Shown here piece by piece: positions 1-9,067 of a stretch of 52,224 bases of DNA. The notes below the pieces were generated by a model, which was given only the letters and a program-made list of their open reading frames with translations, did not search any database and was not told where the DNA came from. Position 1 is the first letter of the stretch. Each line of letters starts with the position of its first letter. The DNA comes from Candidatus Woesearchaeota archaeon (GTDB taxonomy: Archaea > Nanobdellota > Nanobdellia > Pacearchaeales > GW2011-AR1), in the NCBI GenBank assembly GCA_964457475.1, contig CAYWEK010000001.1, positions 1-52,224 on the forward strand, given 5' to 3'. The position numbers and the translations under genes were made by a program.

Positions 1-1925
1 TAAACAACACAAATATAATCTATAATGTAACTTTAAGCTTAACAAATATTGGCGGGAGTAATGCCACGAATGTGAATATAACTGACTCTGATTCAACAAA
101 TTATAATATTGGGACTTTGATTGCCGGTCAAACAATAACTGAAAGTTATCTTGTGACTCTTAACAGAGGCGTTTATTTGACAATGCATTCTTTGAGCATT
201 GCAACTGCAAATGGAACTGATTCTATAAGTAATAATCTGATTCAAGTGAACTCAAGCCAGATTTCTGTCGTAATTCCGGCATTGAATAACCCTGCTTCTT
301 TCGTCTTAAGTAAAATAGCTAGTTTCGATAATGTGACGAACACAACAATCAGTTACAACGTAACATTAATACTTACAAATAATGGGGGCAGTAATGCAAC
401 GAATGTGAATATAACTGACTCTGATTCAGTTTCAAGCCCTTACATAATAGGAAGCTTAAATCAAAGTCAGGTAGTTACTGAGAGTTATATAGAAACATTC
501 AATAGGAATTCAACAACCTATTTCTCTCCTTTATCTGTAGCTCAAGTATTAGGAATTGATTCTTATAATAATGCTGTAATAGCTGCTAATTCAACTCAGA
601 GCAATGTTACGATTCCTATGACAAATACTGGACAGCAGTTAACTGTAATTAAGAATGATTACTATAACTCAGAGAACGTAACATCTGTTAATTATACTTT
701 AAGTGTTCAAGTCGTTAATTCTGGAGGTATTGACTTGAGTGGAATCGTCATTAATGATCAAGATCTTAATTTACTGACTACTCAATCTATAAACAGAAGC
801 CAAGCTTATGCTTATTCTGGATCGTTAATTATTAGCAAAGCAGCATCAAACTCAGAACACAACTTTTTCAAAACTACTGCAACTGCAAATTCTACGCAAT
901 ATGATTCTAATCAAATTGGAATTCTAATTCCAGGATATGGCGGACCAGCAGATACTTTAGTTTATTCGCCTGCTTCTGTAGATACTTTATCAAATTTTGA
1001 TTCTGTAATAGAAATAAAGAATCAAAACCCTGATGTTGGACAAAATTTCTTATTAGACTATTGGATAACGAGTAATGATGGTAATACTAATTATACCTCG
1101 AGTGAAGAAACTTTGTACATCGCTGCATCTTCATCCATTAATGTAACGGTAACTCTTACTTCTCCAGATTCTCCCGGGATTTATAAACTTATGGCCTTGG
1201 TAAATTATATTGGTGGGCCAGATATGGCTTTTGATAGCTTTGAAGTTAATAATCCTTCGCCTCCTGAAATCTCTTCTGGGAGCGCAAGTTTGAATGGAGG
1301 AGGTCCAGTCAATCTCACTCAGAAATATAATTGTAATATGTCATACATCTTATACGAGAATGAGTGTTGTTTGGATCAAAATAATGACAGTATTTGTGAC
1401 AAATATGAAACTCAAAAACTAAAAATACAAAATAAAAATCAAACAGAAAATTATAATAGCTCAGAACAAAACTCTTCTCAAAATAATATTTTTTATGAAT
1501 CAGTTAAGACCCTATTCTCTGATATTTCTATTATATATCAGTCATTTAAGGACAAGATAGATTATCAGATTTTGGTAAGTGTTATCTTAATACTCATAAT
1601 TTCCATTTTAATTATAGCTAATAGAAAGATAATACTTAATATCTTTAAAATCCATAGATTATTATGTATTTTCTTAAGCAAGAATAAAAAATATCCAATA
1701 AATAGCCTTAATGATTTAATAGGTAAGAAGATATATTCTGAAGATGGAAATTATGTCGGAAATGTCATTGATGTAACATTAGAAGAAAACAAGATTGATA
1801 GCCTTAAAGTGAAAATAGACAAGAATAATCCATTTGGAACAAGAGGGATAATTATTAAGTATAAACATGTTATTGGTGTTGGCGAAGTAGTGTTTATTGA
1901 TGAATCAATTTCTAAGCATATTTAA
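1..1925 (+). CDS. Surface protein (5' partial): tandem CARDB/DUF11-like repeats, Cys cluster, one TM helix, C-terminal PRC-barrel-like domain
   Basis: The reading frame is open from nt 3, and the upstream codons give NTNIIYNVTLSLTNIGGSNATNVNITDSDS, another copy of the internal repeat. There are at least 3 copies of a ~111-aa unit. Other elements are CNMSY..ECCLDQNNDSICD, a TM segment ILVSVILILIISILIIA, and a tail GKKIYSEDGNYVGNVIDVTLEENKIDSLKV typical of PRC barrels. Confidence 0.6.
   Translation, partial: NNTNIIYNVTLSLTNIGGSNATNVNITDSDSTNYNIGTLIAGQTITESYLVTLNRGVYLTMHSLSIATANGTDSISNNLIQVNSSQISVVIPALNNPASFVLSKIASFDNVTNTTISYNVTLILTNNGGSNATNVNITDSDSVSSPYIIGSLNQSQVVTESYIETFNRNSTTYFSPLSVAQVLGIDSYNNAVIAANSTQSNVTIPMTNTGQQLTVIKNDYYNSENVTSVNYTLSVQVVNSGGIDLSGIVINDQDLNLLTTQSINRSQAYAYSGSLIISKAASNSEHNFFKTTATANSTQYDSNQIGILIPGYGGPADTLVYSPASVDTLSNFDSVIEIKNQNPDVGQNFLLDYWITSNDGNTNYTSSEETLYIAASSSINVTVTLTSPDSPGIYKLMALVNYIGGPDMAFDSFEVNNPSPPEISSGSASLNGGGPVNLTQKYNCNMSYILYENECCLDQNNDSICDKYETQKLKIQNKNQTENYNSSEQNSSQNNIFYESVKTLFSDISIIYQSFKDKIDYQILVSVILILIISILIIANRKIILNIFKIHRLLCIFLSKNKKYPINSLNDLIGKKIYSEDGNYVGNVIDVTLEENKIDSLKVKIDKNNPFGTRGIIIKYKHVIGVGEVVFIDESISKHI
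57..428 (+). repeat. Intragenic tandem repeat, period 333 nt (111 aa), inside the surface protein gene
   Basis: The 39-nt block agtaatgc[c/a]acgaatgtgaatataactgactctgattca occurs at 57-95 and 390-428 with one mismatch. The flanking repeat sequence is much more diverged. A third, diverged unit follows ~333 nt later (SVNYTLSVQVVNSGGIDLSGIVINDQD). Confidence 0.8.
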
Positions 1926-2071
1926 ATCTCCTTCCTTTTTCTAAGTTTTAAGGACGCCCAGAGCAGAGGACGAAACAATTGTTCGGAATTTAAGTAATTA
2001 TTTATCAAAATCCTTTGTGGTCGATTTATTCATGCCTTTGTACATATATATTCTATTTTCATCTTGCTCTT

Positions 2072-3052
2072 TTATTTGGAATCTAAGAAGCATTCCTTCC
2101 TTCTGGCTTCCCTAATTAATTGCGGATGATATTTAATTCTACTATTAACTTCTTTATTAACTAATACTGGGCTTATGAGTTTGAGATTGTCAAAATGTTC
2201 TTTTGCTATTTCGGATGCTCTTAGTACAATATCTGAACCATAACTTTGCGGGTTACTTGGTTCAATAATCTTTACTTCGTATATGTTGCTTTTGTTTCCC
2301 AATGTTACTTTTATTTTAGGTTCATTTAAGTAATTACTATCAAATTCATGATTATAATACTCAAATTCACAATATCCTTTTTCTAATATCTTGCTTTTAA
2401 TCTTCTCTGATGTGTCTTTTTCAGCCAACTCAATTATTTCTTGAGCAATGTAAGGATTAAATTCATCTGGTTTATTTCCATAATCATTCCTTTTTAGTCT
2501 TTCATTAACTCTTTTGATAATGGCTTTTGCTCTCTTAGAATTCATTTTACTTAATTGAATCAATCTTTCATTAGGATTGTCATTTTGTCTACAAAAGGCA
2601 TAACTGAGCTTTGCAGTTAGTAGTCCTTTTTGACTATATTTAGATCTAAAGTTAAAATTTATTTTTACTGATACATTAGCTGGTTTCAGAAATTTTCCAT
2701 CAATCTTAACTAAATCTACTTCTTCATCTGTTTTGTATAATTTCCATAAAAGTGATTGCATTGATGTTGGATGGTGCCTAAATTTTCTTGCTACATCCAT
2801 ATAATCAAACAAAGTATTTTCTGGTAAATCTCTTACGAAGCTCAAAACATCTTCTAAAGCATAATTCTTTCTACCAGATATGTCTATATAATATCTAGAA
2901 GACTTTGATGCAGTTGCTCTTACCTCATTAACGAACTTTCTTGCCAGATTGGAAGGTAGTTTTTCACCAATTTCTCTCACAGACAATGCTAACTCAGCAA
3001 TTTGCTCTTCAAGTGGGGAAAGCCCTCTAGTTGTTATTTCAATTTTTTCCAT
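2072..3052 (-). CDS. Hypothetical protein (326 aa), no family recognised
   Basis: Long ORF with an AGGAG Shine-Dalgarno upstream (aaggagtaaaaATG on the minus strand). It is convergent with the upstream surface protein gene. Confidence 0.5.
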   Translation of the reverse strand: MEKIEITTRGLSPLEEQIAELALSVREIGEKLPSNLARKFVNEVRATASKSSRYYIDISGRKNYALEDVLSFVRDLPENTLFDYMDVARKFRHHPTSMQSLLWKLYKTDEEVDLVKIDGKFLKPANVSVKINFNFRSKYSQKGLLTAKLSYAFCRQNDNPNERLIQLSKMNSKRAKAIIKRVNERLKRNDYGNKPDEFNPYIAQEIIELAEKDTSEKIKSKILEKGYCEFEYYNHEFDSNYLNEPKIKVTLGNKSNIYEVKIIEPSNPQSYGSDIVLRASEIAKEHFDNLKLISPVLVNKEVNSRIKYHPQLIREARRKECFLDSK

Positions 3053-3148
3053 TTTTACTCCTTATAAGTAACTGCTAATCCATGGTATAATTACTTTTTG
3101 TTCTAAAAATAAGCATAAAATGGAAATATTTATATAATAAGCCATTTT

Positions 3149-4123
3149 ATGATAGATATGACAATTGAACTAGATAATATAGATAAAAGGATATTGTTTG
3201 AGCTTGAAAGAAATTCTCGTATTCCTGATGTGAATCTTGCTAAGATAGTTAAGAAAAGCAAAGATGCAGTTAGATATAGAATAAAAAGACTTGAAGATGA
3301 AGGTGTAATAACTGGCTATAAAACTTGGATAGATATGAGTAAATTAGGTTTTCAAAGCGGAACAATTTATCTTACTTTGTTAAATGTTCCTGAAAGAAAG
3401 AAAAAACTAATAGACTTTATCATTAACGATCCTAGAACATACTGGATAGGAGTTGCTGAAGGTGCATGGAATATCGGAGTTTCACCTTATTTTAAGTCAA
3501 ATGAAGAGCTTTTTAAGATAAAACATGAATTGATGAATAAGTTTGGGGAAATAATACTTGACATTAAAATGACCTCCCTTGTTGGAGTAAGCATTCATGA
3601 GAAGAATTTTCTCATAAATGAAAAAACTAAACTTACTTCATTTACCGAAAAAGTAGAAGAGAATGAACTTGATGAAGTGAGTAAGAAGATACTTAAAGAG
3701 ATATATTGGAATGCGAAAGAAAATATTGCCACACTCGCTGATAAATTGAAAACTACTGTTGATATTATTAGAACAAGAATCAAAAACCTAGAAAAAGATG
3801 GAATTATAATAAGGTATTCTTCTGTTATTGATTATCAAAAAATAGGATATGAGTTCCACAAAGCATTTATCTATCTTAAGATATTTGATTCTGAATTCTT
3901 TAAGAAGATGAATAATTATGTTGAAAATAGTAAAGTAGTCATAAATATGGTAAGACAAGTAGCTCCTTGGGATTTGGAATTGATAATGTTTACAAAAAAC
4001 TTTGCTGAATATGATGAAACAATAGGTGAAATCACTGAAATGTTTGAGGACAACATAAAGAAGATTGAAAGTGCAACAATGAGCTTAGATATTATATTCC
4101 CATCTAAAAAGCTTCCTTTCTGA
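3149..4123 (+). CDS. Lrp/AsnC-family transcriptional regulator, duplicated (two HTH + ligand-domain units)
   Basis: Two AsnC-type HTH segments: IDKRILFELERNSRIPDVNLAKIVKKSKDAVRYRIKRLEDEGVITGY and LDEVSKKILKEIYWNAKENIATLADKLKTTVDIIRTRIKNLEKDGIIIRY. Confidence 0.75.
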   Translation: MIDMTIELDNIDKRILFELERNSRIPDVNLAKIVKKSKDAVRYRIKRLEDEGVITGYKTWIDMSKLGFQSGTIYLTLLNVPERKKKLIDFIINDPRTYWIGVAEGAWNIGVSPYFKSNEELFKIKHELMNKFGEIILDIKMTSLVGVSIHEKNFLINEKTKLTSFTEKVEENELDEVSKKILKEIYWNAKENIATLADKLKTTVDIIRTRIKNLEKDGIIIRYSSVIDYQKIGYEFHKAFIYLKIFDSEFFKKMNNYVENSKVVINMVRQVAPWDLELIMFTKNFAEYDETIGEITEMFEDNIKKIESATMSLDIIFPSKKLPF

Positions 4124-4183
4124 ATATTTGTTTAGGTTCGACTCCGGGAAATATAGAATATATTTTGTCTTCGTGAAGAAAAT

Positions 4184-4265
4184 CGCCCAGACCAGGAGTC
4201 GAACCTGGAGATCCTTGCGGAAATCGCATTTCGAGTGCGACGGAGTACCGTTGTCCCATCTGGGC
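4184..4265 (-). tRNA. tRNA-Ser (anticodon CGA)
   Basis: The reverse complement folds as a cloverleaf: acceptor GCCCAGA/TCTGGGC, anticodon stem TCGCA/TGCGA with loop CTCGAAA, long variable arm TCCGCAAGGA, T arm CCAGG-TTCGACT-CCTGG. No CCA is encoded. Confidence 0.9.
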
Positions 4266-4316
4266 TGAAAAATTCAATGGGCGACAATTTAAATACTATA
4301 TCTTTTTGCTTAAATT

Positions 4317-4523
4317 ATGGCTGAAGAAACTAAGATGGGCAAAGAAGAACAAATTGGCTTCCATAAAGGAGCAATAAATACTTTGATGGCTGAGAGGAAT
4401 GAATTATTGAGAATTGTTAATGTTACTGAAGGATTGATTAATGCACATATATCTGAGCTTGATAAACTAGGCGTCAAACTTGTCCAAAGCGATGAGAATA
4501 GCAATTCTGGAAAGAAAAAATAA
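4317..4523 (+). CDS. Small hypothetical protein (68 aa, helical/coiled-coil-like)
   Basis: The ORF has a TATA-like atttaaatac ~26 nt upstream of the ATG. The antisense ORF 4310-4504 has low-complexity S/L composition and is less likely. Confidence 0.4.
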   Translation: MAEETKMGKEEQIGFHKGAINTLMAERNELLRIVNVTEGLINAHISELDKLGVKLVQSDENSNSGKKK

Positions 4524-4574
4524 CTTTTAAAATTGAAAACGTTATAAATTAATCATTTTAATTTTAATAAAAAA

Positions 4575-4653
4575 GAGGGAAGGGGGTCTTGGCGACCCCC
4601 ATACGTGTGGCGTTTCCCTTGCGTGTGTCGATATTAGACCACCCCCACAGCGA
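4575..4653. ncRNA. GC-rich structured island, candidate small RNA or cis-regulatory leader (family unknown)
   Basis: About 80 nt of G/C-rich sequence lies in an AT-rich spacer. Nested helices are AGGGAA(4576-4581)/TTCCCT(4614-4619) and GGGGGTC(4582-4588)/GACCCCC(4594-4600). An alternative partner ACCCCC sits at 4641-4646. A TATA-like gttataaatt is centred ~25 nt upstream of 4571. Confidence 0.3.
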
Positions 4654-4762
4654 TGTTGATTTAGTTAATATTTACAAGGAAACGGTATATAAATCACTTG
4701 AGAAAAGAGAATCAGGAAAATCTTTTCATAAGATTTAAAAAGCAATTCACACATGCATTTCA

Positions 4763-5422
4763 ATGGATTATACATATATAATTCCAAATTGGTTTTTCGG
4801 TTTTGACATTGCCATGGAGCTTCTTTTCAGCCTTATCACCTTTTTGGTCGTAATATTCGCATACAGAATAGGATACTTCACAAAAGAAAGAAAAATAAAA
4901 CTTTTTGGAACTTCTTTCCTATTGATAGGTCTATCTTATATAGTTTGGGCAGGAATTAACTTCTGGTTCGTCAATCTTGGACCCGAAGGAGTTAGGGAAC
5001 TCTCAATCCAGAGCATAACATTAATTGGAGTTTTGAGTCTATATGCCTACATGATTCTTTTCACTGCGGGACTTGTAAGTCTTGCATATCTTGTCTGCGA
5101 TACTAAGAAGGGCATAGTCTATTATCTGGTTTTCGGACTTAGCCTTCTGGTAATTTTCTCAAGCTACTACAAACTAATTAGTTTCAGGATACTTTCAATA
5201 TTCCTTATCTCAGTCATAACATATCATTATTTTGAAGAATACCTGAGGAACAAAAATAAGAAATCATTCCTCGTGCTTATTGCATTCCTTTTCCTTTTCT
5301 CTAGCAGCGTGGTATTTGTTTTCTCTGCAATCTATTATCAAGCATACGTTGCTGGGCATATATTAGAACTGGTGGCTTATCTGCTGATTCTGATAAACCT
5401 TATTCGAAGCGTGAAACGATGA
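4763..5422 (+). CDS. Polytopic membrane protein (~7 TM), unknown function
   Basis: Hydrophobic segments occur throughout. The stop overlaps the start of the next gene (ATGA). Confidence 0.6.
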   Translation: MDYTYIIPNWFFGFDIAMELLFSLITFLVVIFAYRIGYFTKERKIKLFGTSFLLIGLSYIVWAGINFWFVNLGPEGVRELSIQSITLIGVLSLYAYMILFTAGLVSLAYLVCDTKKGIVYYLVFGLSLLVIFSSYYKLISFRILSIFLISVITYHYFEEYLRNKNKKSFLVLIAFLFLFSSSVVFVFSAIYYQAYVAGHILELVAYLLILINLIRSVKR

Positions 5423-5709
5423 GCAAAAAAAGAAACCGACTTGAAATAATCAAAGATATACTTGAAGTAATAAAGAACAAGAGTGGAAAAGTCAAACCGA
5501 CACATATACTTTACAAGTCAAATCTATCGCATCAGATGATGGAACAATACATCTCTGAGCTTAAACAAAAGGAAATGATACTTGAAGGCAAAATGGGTAA
5601 TGGAAAGACCTATGCAATAACAAATAAGGGTATTGATTATTTAAACAAATATAGAATGATTTCAGAGTTCACCCAATCTTTTGGTCTCGGGGACGAACAG
5701 CAGTTATAG
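5419..5709 (+). CDS. Small winged-helix DNA-binding protein (archaeal HTH_45/COG3432-like)
   Basis: RLEIIKDILEVIKNKSGKVKPTHILYKSNLSHQMMEQYISELKQKEMILEGKMGNGKTYAITNKGIDYL matches the wHTH pattern. There is a 4-nt overlap with the upstream membrane protein gene. Confidence 0.6.
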   Translation: MSKKRNRLEIIKDILEVIKNKSGKVKPTHILYKSNLSHQMMEQYISELKQKEMILEGKMGNGKTYAITNKGIDYLNKYRMISEFTQSFGLGDEQQL

Positions 5710-5753
5710 TCAATCAGAATAATGATTATAAACAACGTAATTAATCCTTTTCT

Positions 5754-6284
5754 ATGGAAATAGAAGTTGAATTAAGAAGTTTCATAACTAAAGAACAATA
5801 TGAATATTTTCTTGATTTTTTCAGGAAAAATGGAAAATTTCTTAATGAAGATGAGCAGGAAACACATTATCTAAGCACTGATCAGGATTTAAGAATACAA
5901 AAAAACAATTATTATTCAAAAATATGGATGAAAAAAGGTAAGATTCATGATATGCAGAGGGAAGAAATAGAAGTTAAATATGGTAAAGAAGATTTTGACA
6001 AAATTTCCAAGATATTCAAAGAAATAGGGATCAATACTAAAATAAAGTGGTTTAGAAAAAGATATACATTTGACTGGGATGGAACAACTGTGGCTCTTGA
6101 TTACACAAAGGGATATGGTTATATAATAGAATTTGAGATATTATCCTCTAATGATAATAAAGATTCTACTCTTGAAATATTAAAGCAAAAGATGAACTTA
6201 CTTGAGATACCATTAACTCCAAAAGAAGATTTTGATAAGGCTTATAATTACTATGAGGAAAATTGGGAACAACTTACTAAATAA
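5754..6284 (+). CDS. CYTH-domain protein (CyaB/thiamine-triphosphatase-like)
   Basis: The N-terminal EIEVELR motif and C-terminal VALDYTKGYGYIIEFEI match the CYTH pattern (EIE.K ... lD.v..lG.f.EiE). Confidence 0.6.
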   Translation: MEIEVELRSFITKEQYEYFLDFFRKNGKFLNEDEQETHYLSTDQDLRIQKNNYYSKIWMKKGKIHDMQREEIEVKYGKEDFDKISKIFKEIGINTKIKWFRKRYTFDWDGTTVALDYTKGYGYIIEFEILSSNDNKDSTLEILKQKMNLLEIPLTPKEDFDKAYNYYEENWEQLTK

Positions 6285-6288
6285 TAAA

Positions 6289-6371
6289 CGCCCGGAGCAG
6301 GATTTGAACCTGCGAATCCTTGCGGAAATGTGCTCTCCAAGCACACGCGGTAACCACTGCGCCATCCGGGC
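6289..6371 (-). tRNA. tRNA-Ser (anticodon GGA)
   Basis: Reverse-complement cloverleaf: acceptor GCCCGGA/TCCGGGC, anticodon stem TGTGC/GCACA with loop TTGGAGA, long variable arm TCCGCAAGGA, T arm GCAGG-TTCAAAT-CCTGC. No CCA is encoded. Confidence 0.9.
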
Positions 6372-6396
6372 TAAAATCAAAGAGAATTGTGGATTT

Positions 6397-7101
6397 TTAA
6401 AGCCTTTTAGTAGCTAATTTTTGATTTTCTAAATAAAGATGGGGATTTTGAGAGAGATATTCTAATACGTGGTCAAGTATTTCTCTGCTTGTTCCATCAA
6501 TGTCCTTATGTTTATAAGATATAACCACAACTCTATCAGATTCACGAGAGGCAATATCCTGAAAACCTTGGTAAACCTTTTGATGAAAAATCAATTCTTG
6601 TGCATCCAATCTGTCATATTCTTCTTTGAATGGCAGATCAGCATTTCTGCTCTTGGCATTTTCCAGACCTTGTTCAACTGAAACATTAATCAGAAATGTC
6701 AAATCTGGTTCTAATCCTCCTGTTGCCAGATTAATTGTATTTGCTACTTGATCTAAATCTAATCCTCTACCATATCCTTGATAAGCAATTGTTGAATCAT
6801 AAAATCTATCACATAAAACAATTTCACCTTTATCCAAAGCAGGTCTTATCTTTTCTCTAACTATTTGAGCTCGGCTTGCGTTAATCAATAAAAGCTCTGT
6901 CTCAGGAGTCATTTTCACCCCATTCTTTGAGTGTTTTAGCGTATGTCTTATTTCTTCCCCTATTGGAGTGCCTCCTGGCTCTCTTAAAGCAGTTACATTG
7001 TATCCTTTGGACAACAGATTCAATCTCAAAAGCTCCAATTGAGAACTCTTTCCAGAACCTTCTCCTCCTTCAAACGTAATAAAAATACCCTTCTTTACCA
7101 T
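6397..7101 (-). CDS. tmk: Thymidylate (dTMP) kinase
   Basis: P-loop FITFEGGEGSGKSSQ plus LREPGGTPIGEEIR. I start it at Met42 of the tracked ORF (MVKKGIFITFEGG) because the longer N-terminus overlaps folA. That start lies 4 nt after the folA stop. Confidence 0.85.
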   Translation of the reverse strand: MVKKGIFITFEGGEGSGKSSQLELLRLNLLSKGYNVTALREPGGTPIGEEIRHTLKHSKNGVKMTPETELLLINASRAQIVREKIRPALDKGEIVLCDRFYDSTIAYQGYGRGLDLDQVANTINLATGGLEPDLTFLINVSVEQGLENAKSRNADLPFKEEYDRLDAQELIFHQKVYQGFQDIASRESDRVVVISYKHKDIDGTSREILDHVLEYLSQNPHLYLENQKLATKRL

Positions 7102-7105
7102 ACAA

Positions 7106-7606
7106 TTATTTTGGTCTCTCACTCCTCCTTTTATATGACACAAAATCGTAAGAACCTCTTGGTATTCTATTAACTTCTCTCCAGACTCCATTTTTATATT
7201 CTGGAAAATAAGAATCACCATCAAATTCTCCTCTAACTTCTGTTAACTCTAATCGGTCTGCCAAGTCTATAGTCTGCCTATAAATCTGCTCTCCTCCAAT
7301 AATAAATATCTTCTTTCCATAAAATTTTGCTCTCTGAAGAGCTTCATCAACTGATCCTGCTCTGATAACGCTATGCCCATCAAATCCATTATTACTTGTA
7401 ATAACTATGTTATTTCTCTCTGGCAAAGGTCGAAACTTTAGTGGTATTGACTCATAGGTCTTTCTCCCCATAATTACAGAATGACCAATAGTCAGCTTTT
7501 TGAATCTGCTTAAATCCTCTGGTAAATGCCAAGGAATTTTTCCATTTTTACCTATAATTCTGTTTTCTGCAAGTGCCGCGATGAGAACTAGTTGACTTGT
7601 GTCCAT
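7106..7606 (-). CDS. folA: Dihydrofolate reductase (FolA type)
   Basis: LIAALAENRIIGKNGKIPWHLPEDLSRFKKLTIGHSVIMGRKTYESI is the canonical DHFR N-terminal signature. The start overlaps the thyA stop by 1 nt. Confidence 0.85.
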   Translation of the reverse strand: MDTSQLVLIAALAENRIIGKNGKIPWHLPEDLSRFKKLTIGHSVIMGRKTYESIPLKFRPLPERNNIVITSNNGFDGHSVIRAGSVDEALQRAKFYGKKIFIIGGEQIYRQTIDLADRLELTEVRGEFDGDSYFPEYKNGVWREVNRIPRGSYDFVSYKRRSERPK

Positions 7607-8412
7607 TATACAGATATCGCAGCTTTTATAGCTGGATGTGGATCATAACCTGTAAGTTCAAAATCTTCATATTTGAAATCATAAATACTTTTTATATTTG
7701 GATTAAGTTTCATTTTTGGTGAGGGTTTTGGCTCTCTTGTTATCTGAAGTTTTGCCTGTTCAATATGATTAGAATATAAATGCAAATCTCCAAAAGTATG
7801 TACAAACTCGCCCGGCTTGAGATCTGTGACCTGGGCCACCATTTTTGTCAGAAGAGCATAGGAAGCTATATTGAATGGCACTCCTAAAAATAGATCTGCC
7901 GAGCGTTGATACAATTGACAGCTTAATTCTCCTTCGCTAACATAAAATTGGAACATGGCATGACATGGTGGAAGAGCCATATTATCAATTTCTCCAGGAT
8001 TCCATGCGGTTACTATCATTCTTCTTGAATTAGGCTTATTCCTAATCTGATTTATCACATCATCAATCTGGTTTATTGACCTTCCATTCGAAGTATGCCA
8101 ATCAAGCCATTGTGCTCCATAAACTCTTCCTAGATTTCCTTCATGATCTGCCCATTCATCCCAAATTGTAACTCCATTTTCTTTTAAATATCTAATATTT
8201 GTATCTCCTTTTAAAAACCAAAGTAGTTCGTGAATTATTGACTTGGTATGCATCTTCTTTGTTGTTAGCAGAGGAAAAGTATCATTTCTTAAGTCAAATC
8301 TGGTTTGGGCGCCAAAGATTGAATATGTTCCTGTTCCTGTTCTGTCTGCTTTGAATTTTCCAGTTTCCAATACTCTTCTTTCCAGATCCAGATATTGTTG
8401 CATATCTCTCAC
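7606..8412 (-). CDS. thyA: Thymidylate synthase (ThyA type)
   Basis: [38 protein letters not shown], the catalytic region [12 protein letters not shown] and DLHLYSNH. The true start may be the second Met (8403). Confidence 0.9.
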   Translation of the reverse strand: MRDMQQYLDLERRVLETGKFKADRTGTGTYSIFGAQTRFDLRNDTFPLLTTKKMHTKSIIHELLWFLKGDTNIRYLKENGVTIWDEWADHEGNLGRVYGAQWLDWHTSNGRSINQIDDVINQIRNKPNSRRMIVTAWNPGEIDNMALPPCHAMFQFYVSEGELSCQLYQRSADLFLGVPFNIASYALLTKMVAQVTDLKPGEFVHTFGDLHLYSNHIEQAKLQITREPKPSPKMKLNPNIKSIYDFKYEDFELTGYDPHPAIKAAISV

Positions 8413-8451
8413 TCATAAAAGTTATATTTAAAGAAATGTATAGTTGAAAAA

Positions 8452-9066
8452 CTATTTTGAATTGAGAATGTTTTTTATTACTGGCCACGCAATTATTGAC
8501 CATCCTTCCAGCTCATTTTCTTGATTAGCTAGGATATTCTCAAAATCTTCTAATGTATAGAACTCGCCATGGGCCATTTCCTCATCTCCCTTACTTACTT
8601 CTTGCTCTGTATCGACGATTGCAGCAACACCAAAATGAACTTTTTCAACATCTCCCTTATCGTCGTTTATATAGCCGATTATTTTTGGATTTGGATATTT
8701 CTGCATTTTCACTTCTTCTTTTAGTTCTCGCATCATCCCGCTTTCTATGGGATCTTTATCATCTTTTCTTTCAATATGGCCGCCTATTCCCAAACTCCAC
8801 TTGTTGCGCAGCCTTGTTTCAGTATATTTTTCATCAGATGCTCTTCTATAAGCAAAAACTTTTCCTGCCTTTTTATTGATTATTATTACGTAAGGAATTA
8901 TTTGTTGCAGAGACATATCGTGTTCAAGTTTGTCTCCACGTTCACAATAAAAATAATTCTTTAGTATAACTCCAATAAAATCAAATTCTTGAGCTTTTAG
9001 AAAACCCTCAAAGTGTTTGTCTTTGAATAGAATATCTCTCTTGACAACCAATGCTTCTCTTGGCAT
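8452..9066 (-). CDS. Nudix-family hydrolase-like protein
   Basis: Nudix-box-like GIGGHIERKDDKDPIESGMMRELKEEVKM. Confidence 0.55.
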   Translation of the reverse strand: MPREALVVKRDILFKDKHFEGFLKAQEFDFIGVILKNYFYCERGDKLEHDMSLQQIIPYVIIINKKAGKVFAYRRASDEKYTETRLRNKWSLGIGGHIERKDDKDPIESGMMRELKEEVKMQKYPNPKIIGYINDDKGDVEKVHFGVAAIVDTEQEVSKGDEEMAHGEFYTLEDFENILANQENELEGWSIIAWPVIKNILNSK

Positions 9067-9067
9067 C

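Noticed and set aside
1-1100. Periodic repeats at the window start as a possible CRISPR array or non-coding tandem repeat
   Set aside because: The 333-nt period is in-frame inside one long ORF and encodes a repeated protein domain. There is no short repeat/spacer alternation. No CRISPR-like array was seen anywhere in the window.
1-1925. Diversity-generating retroelement targeting the repeat or surface proteins
   Set aside because: The window has no reverse transcriptase gene. I saw no template/variable repeat pair with adenine-specific differences.
1962-1976. GACGAAAC motif suggesting a hammerhead ribozyme core
   Set aside because: There is no CUGAUGA box or three-helix junction nearby. It is more likely part of the convergent-gene terminator region.
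1956-1980. Shared 9-mer GCCCAGAGC at 1956-1964 and 9424-9432, resembling the tRNA-Ser acceptor (GCCCAGA): possible tRNA fragments or split-tRNA halves
   Set aside because: Neither site can be extended into a T arm or anticodon arm, and no complementary half was found. The similarity is too short to separate from chance without a search.
6232-6417. 61-aa plus-strand ORF
   Set aside because: It runs across tRNA-Ser(GGA) on the opposite strand and has no independent support.
7102-7224. Extended N-terminus of the tmk ORF (start at 7224)
   Set aside because: It would overlap folA by ~120 nt and adds a non-homologous, hydrophobic leader. The Met just before the P-loop (7101), 4 nt after the folA stop, fits thymidylate kinases.
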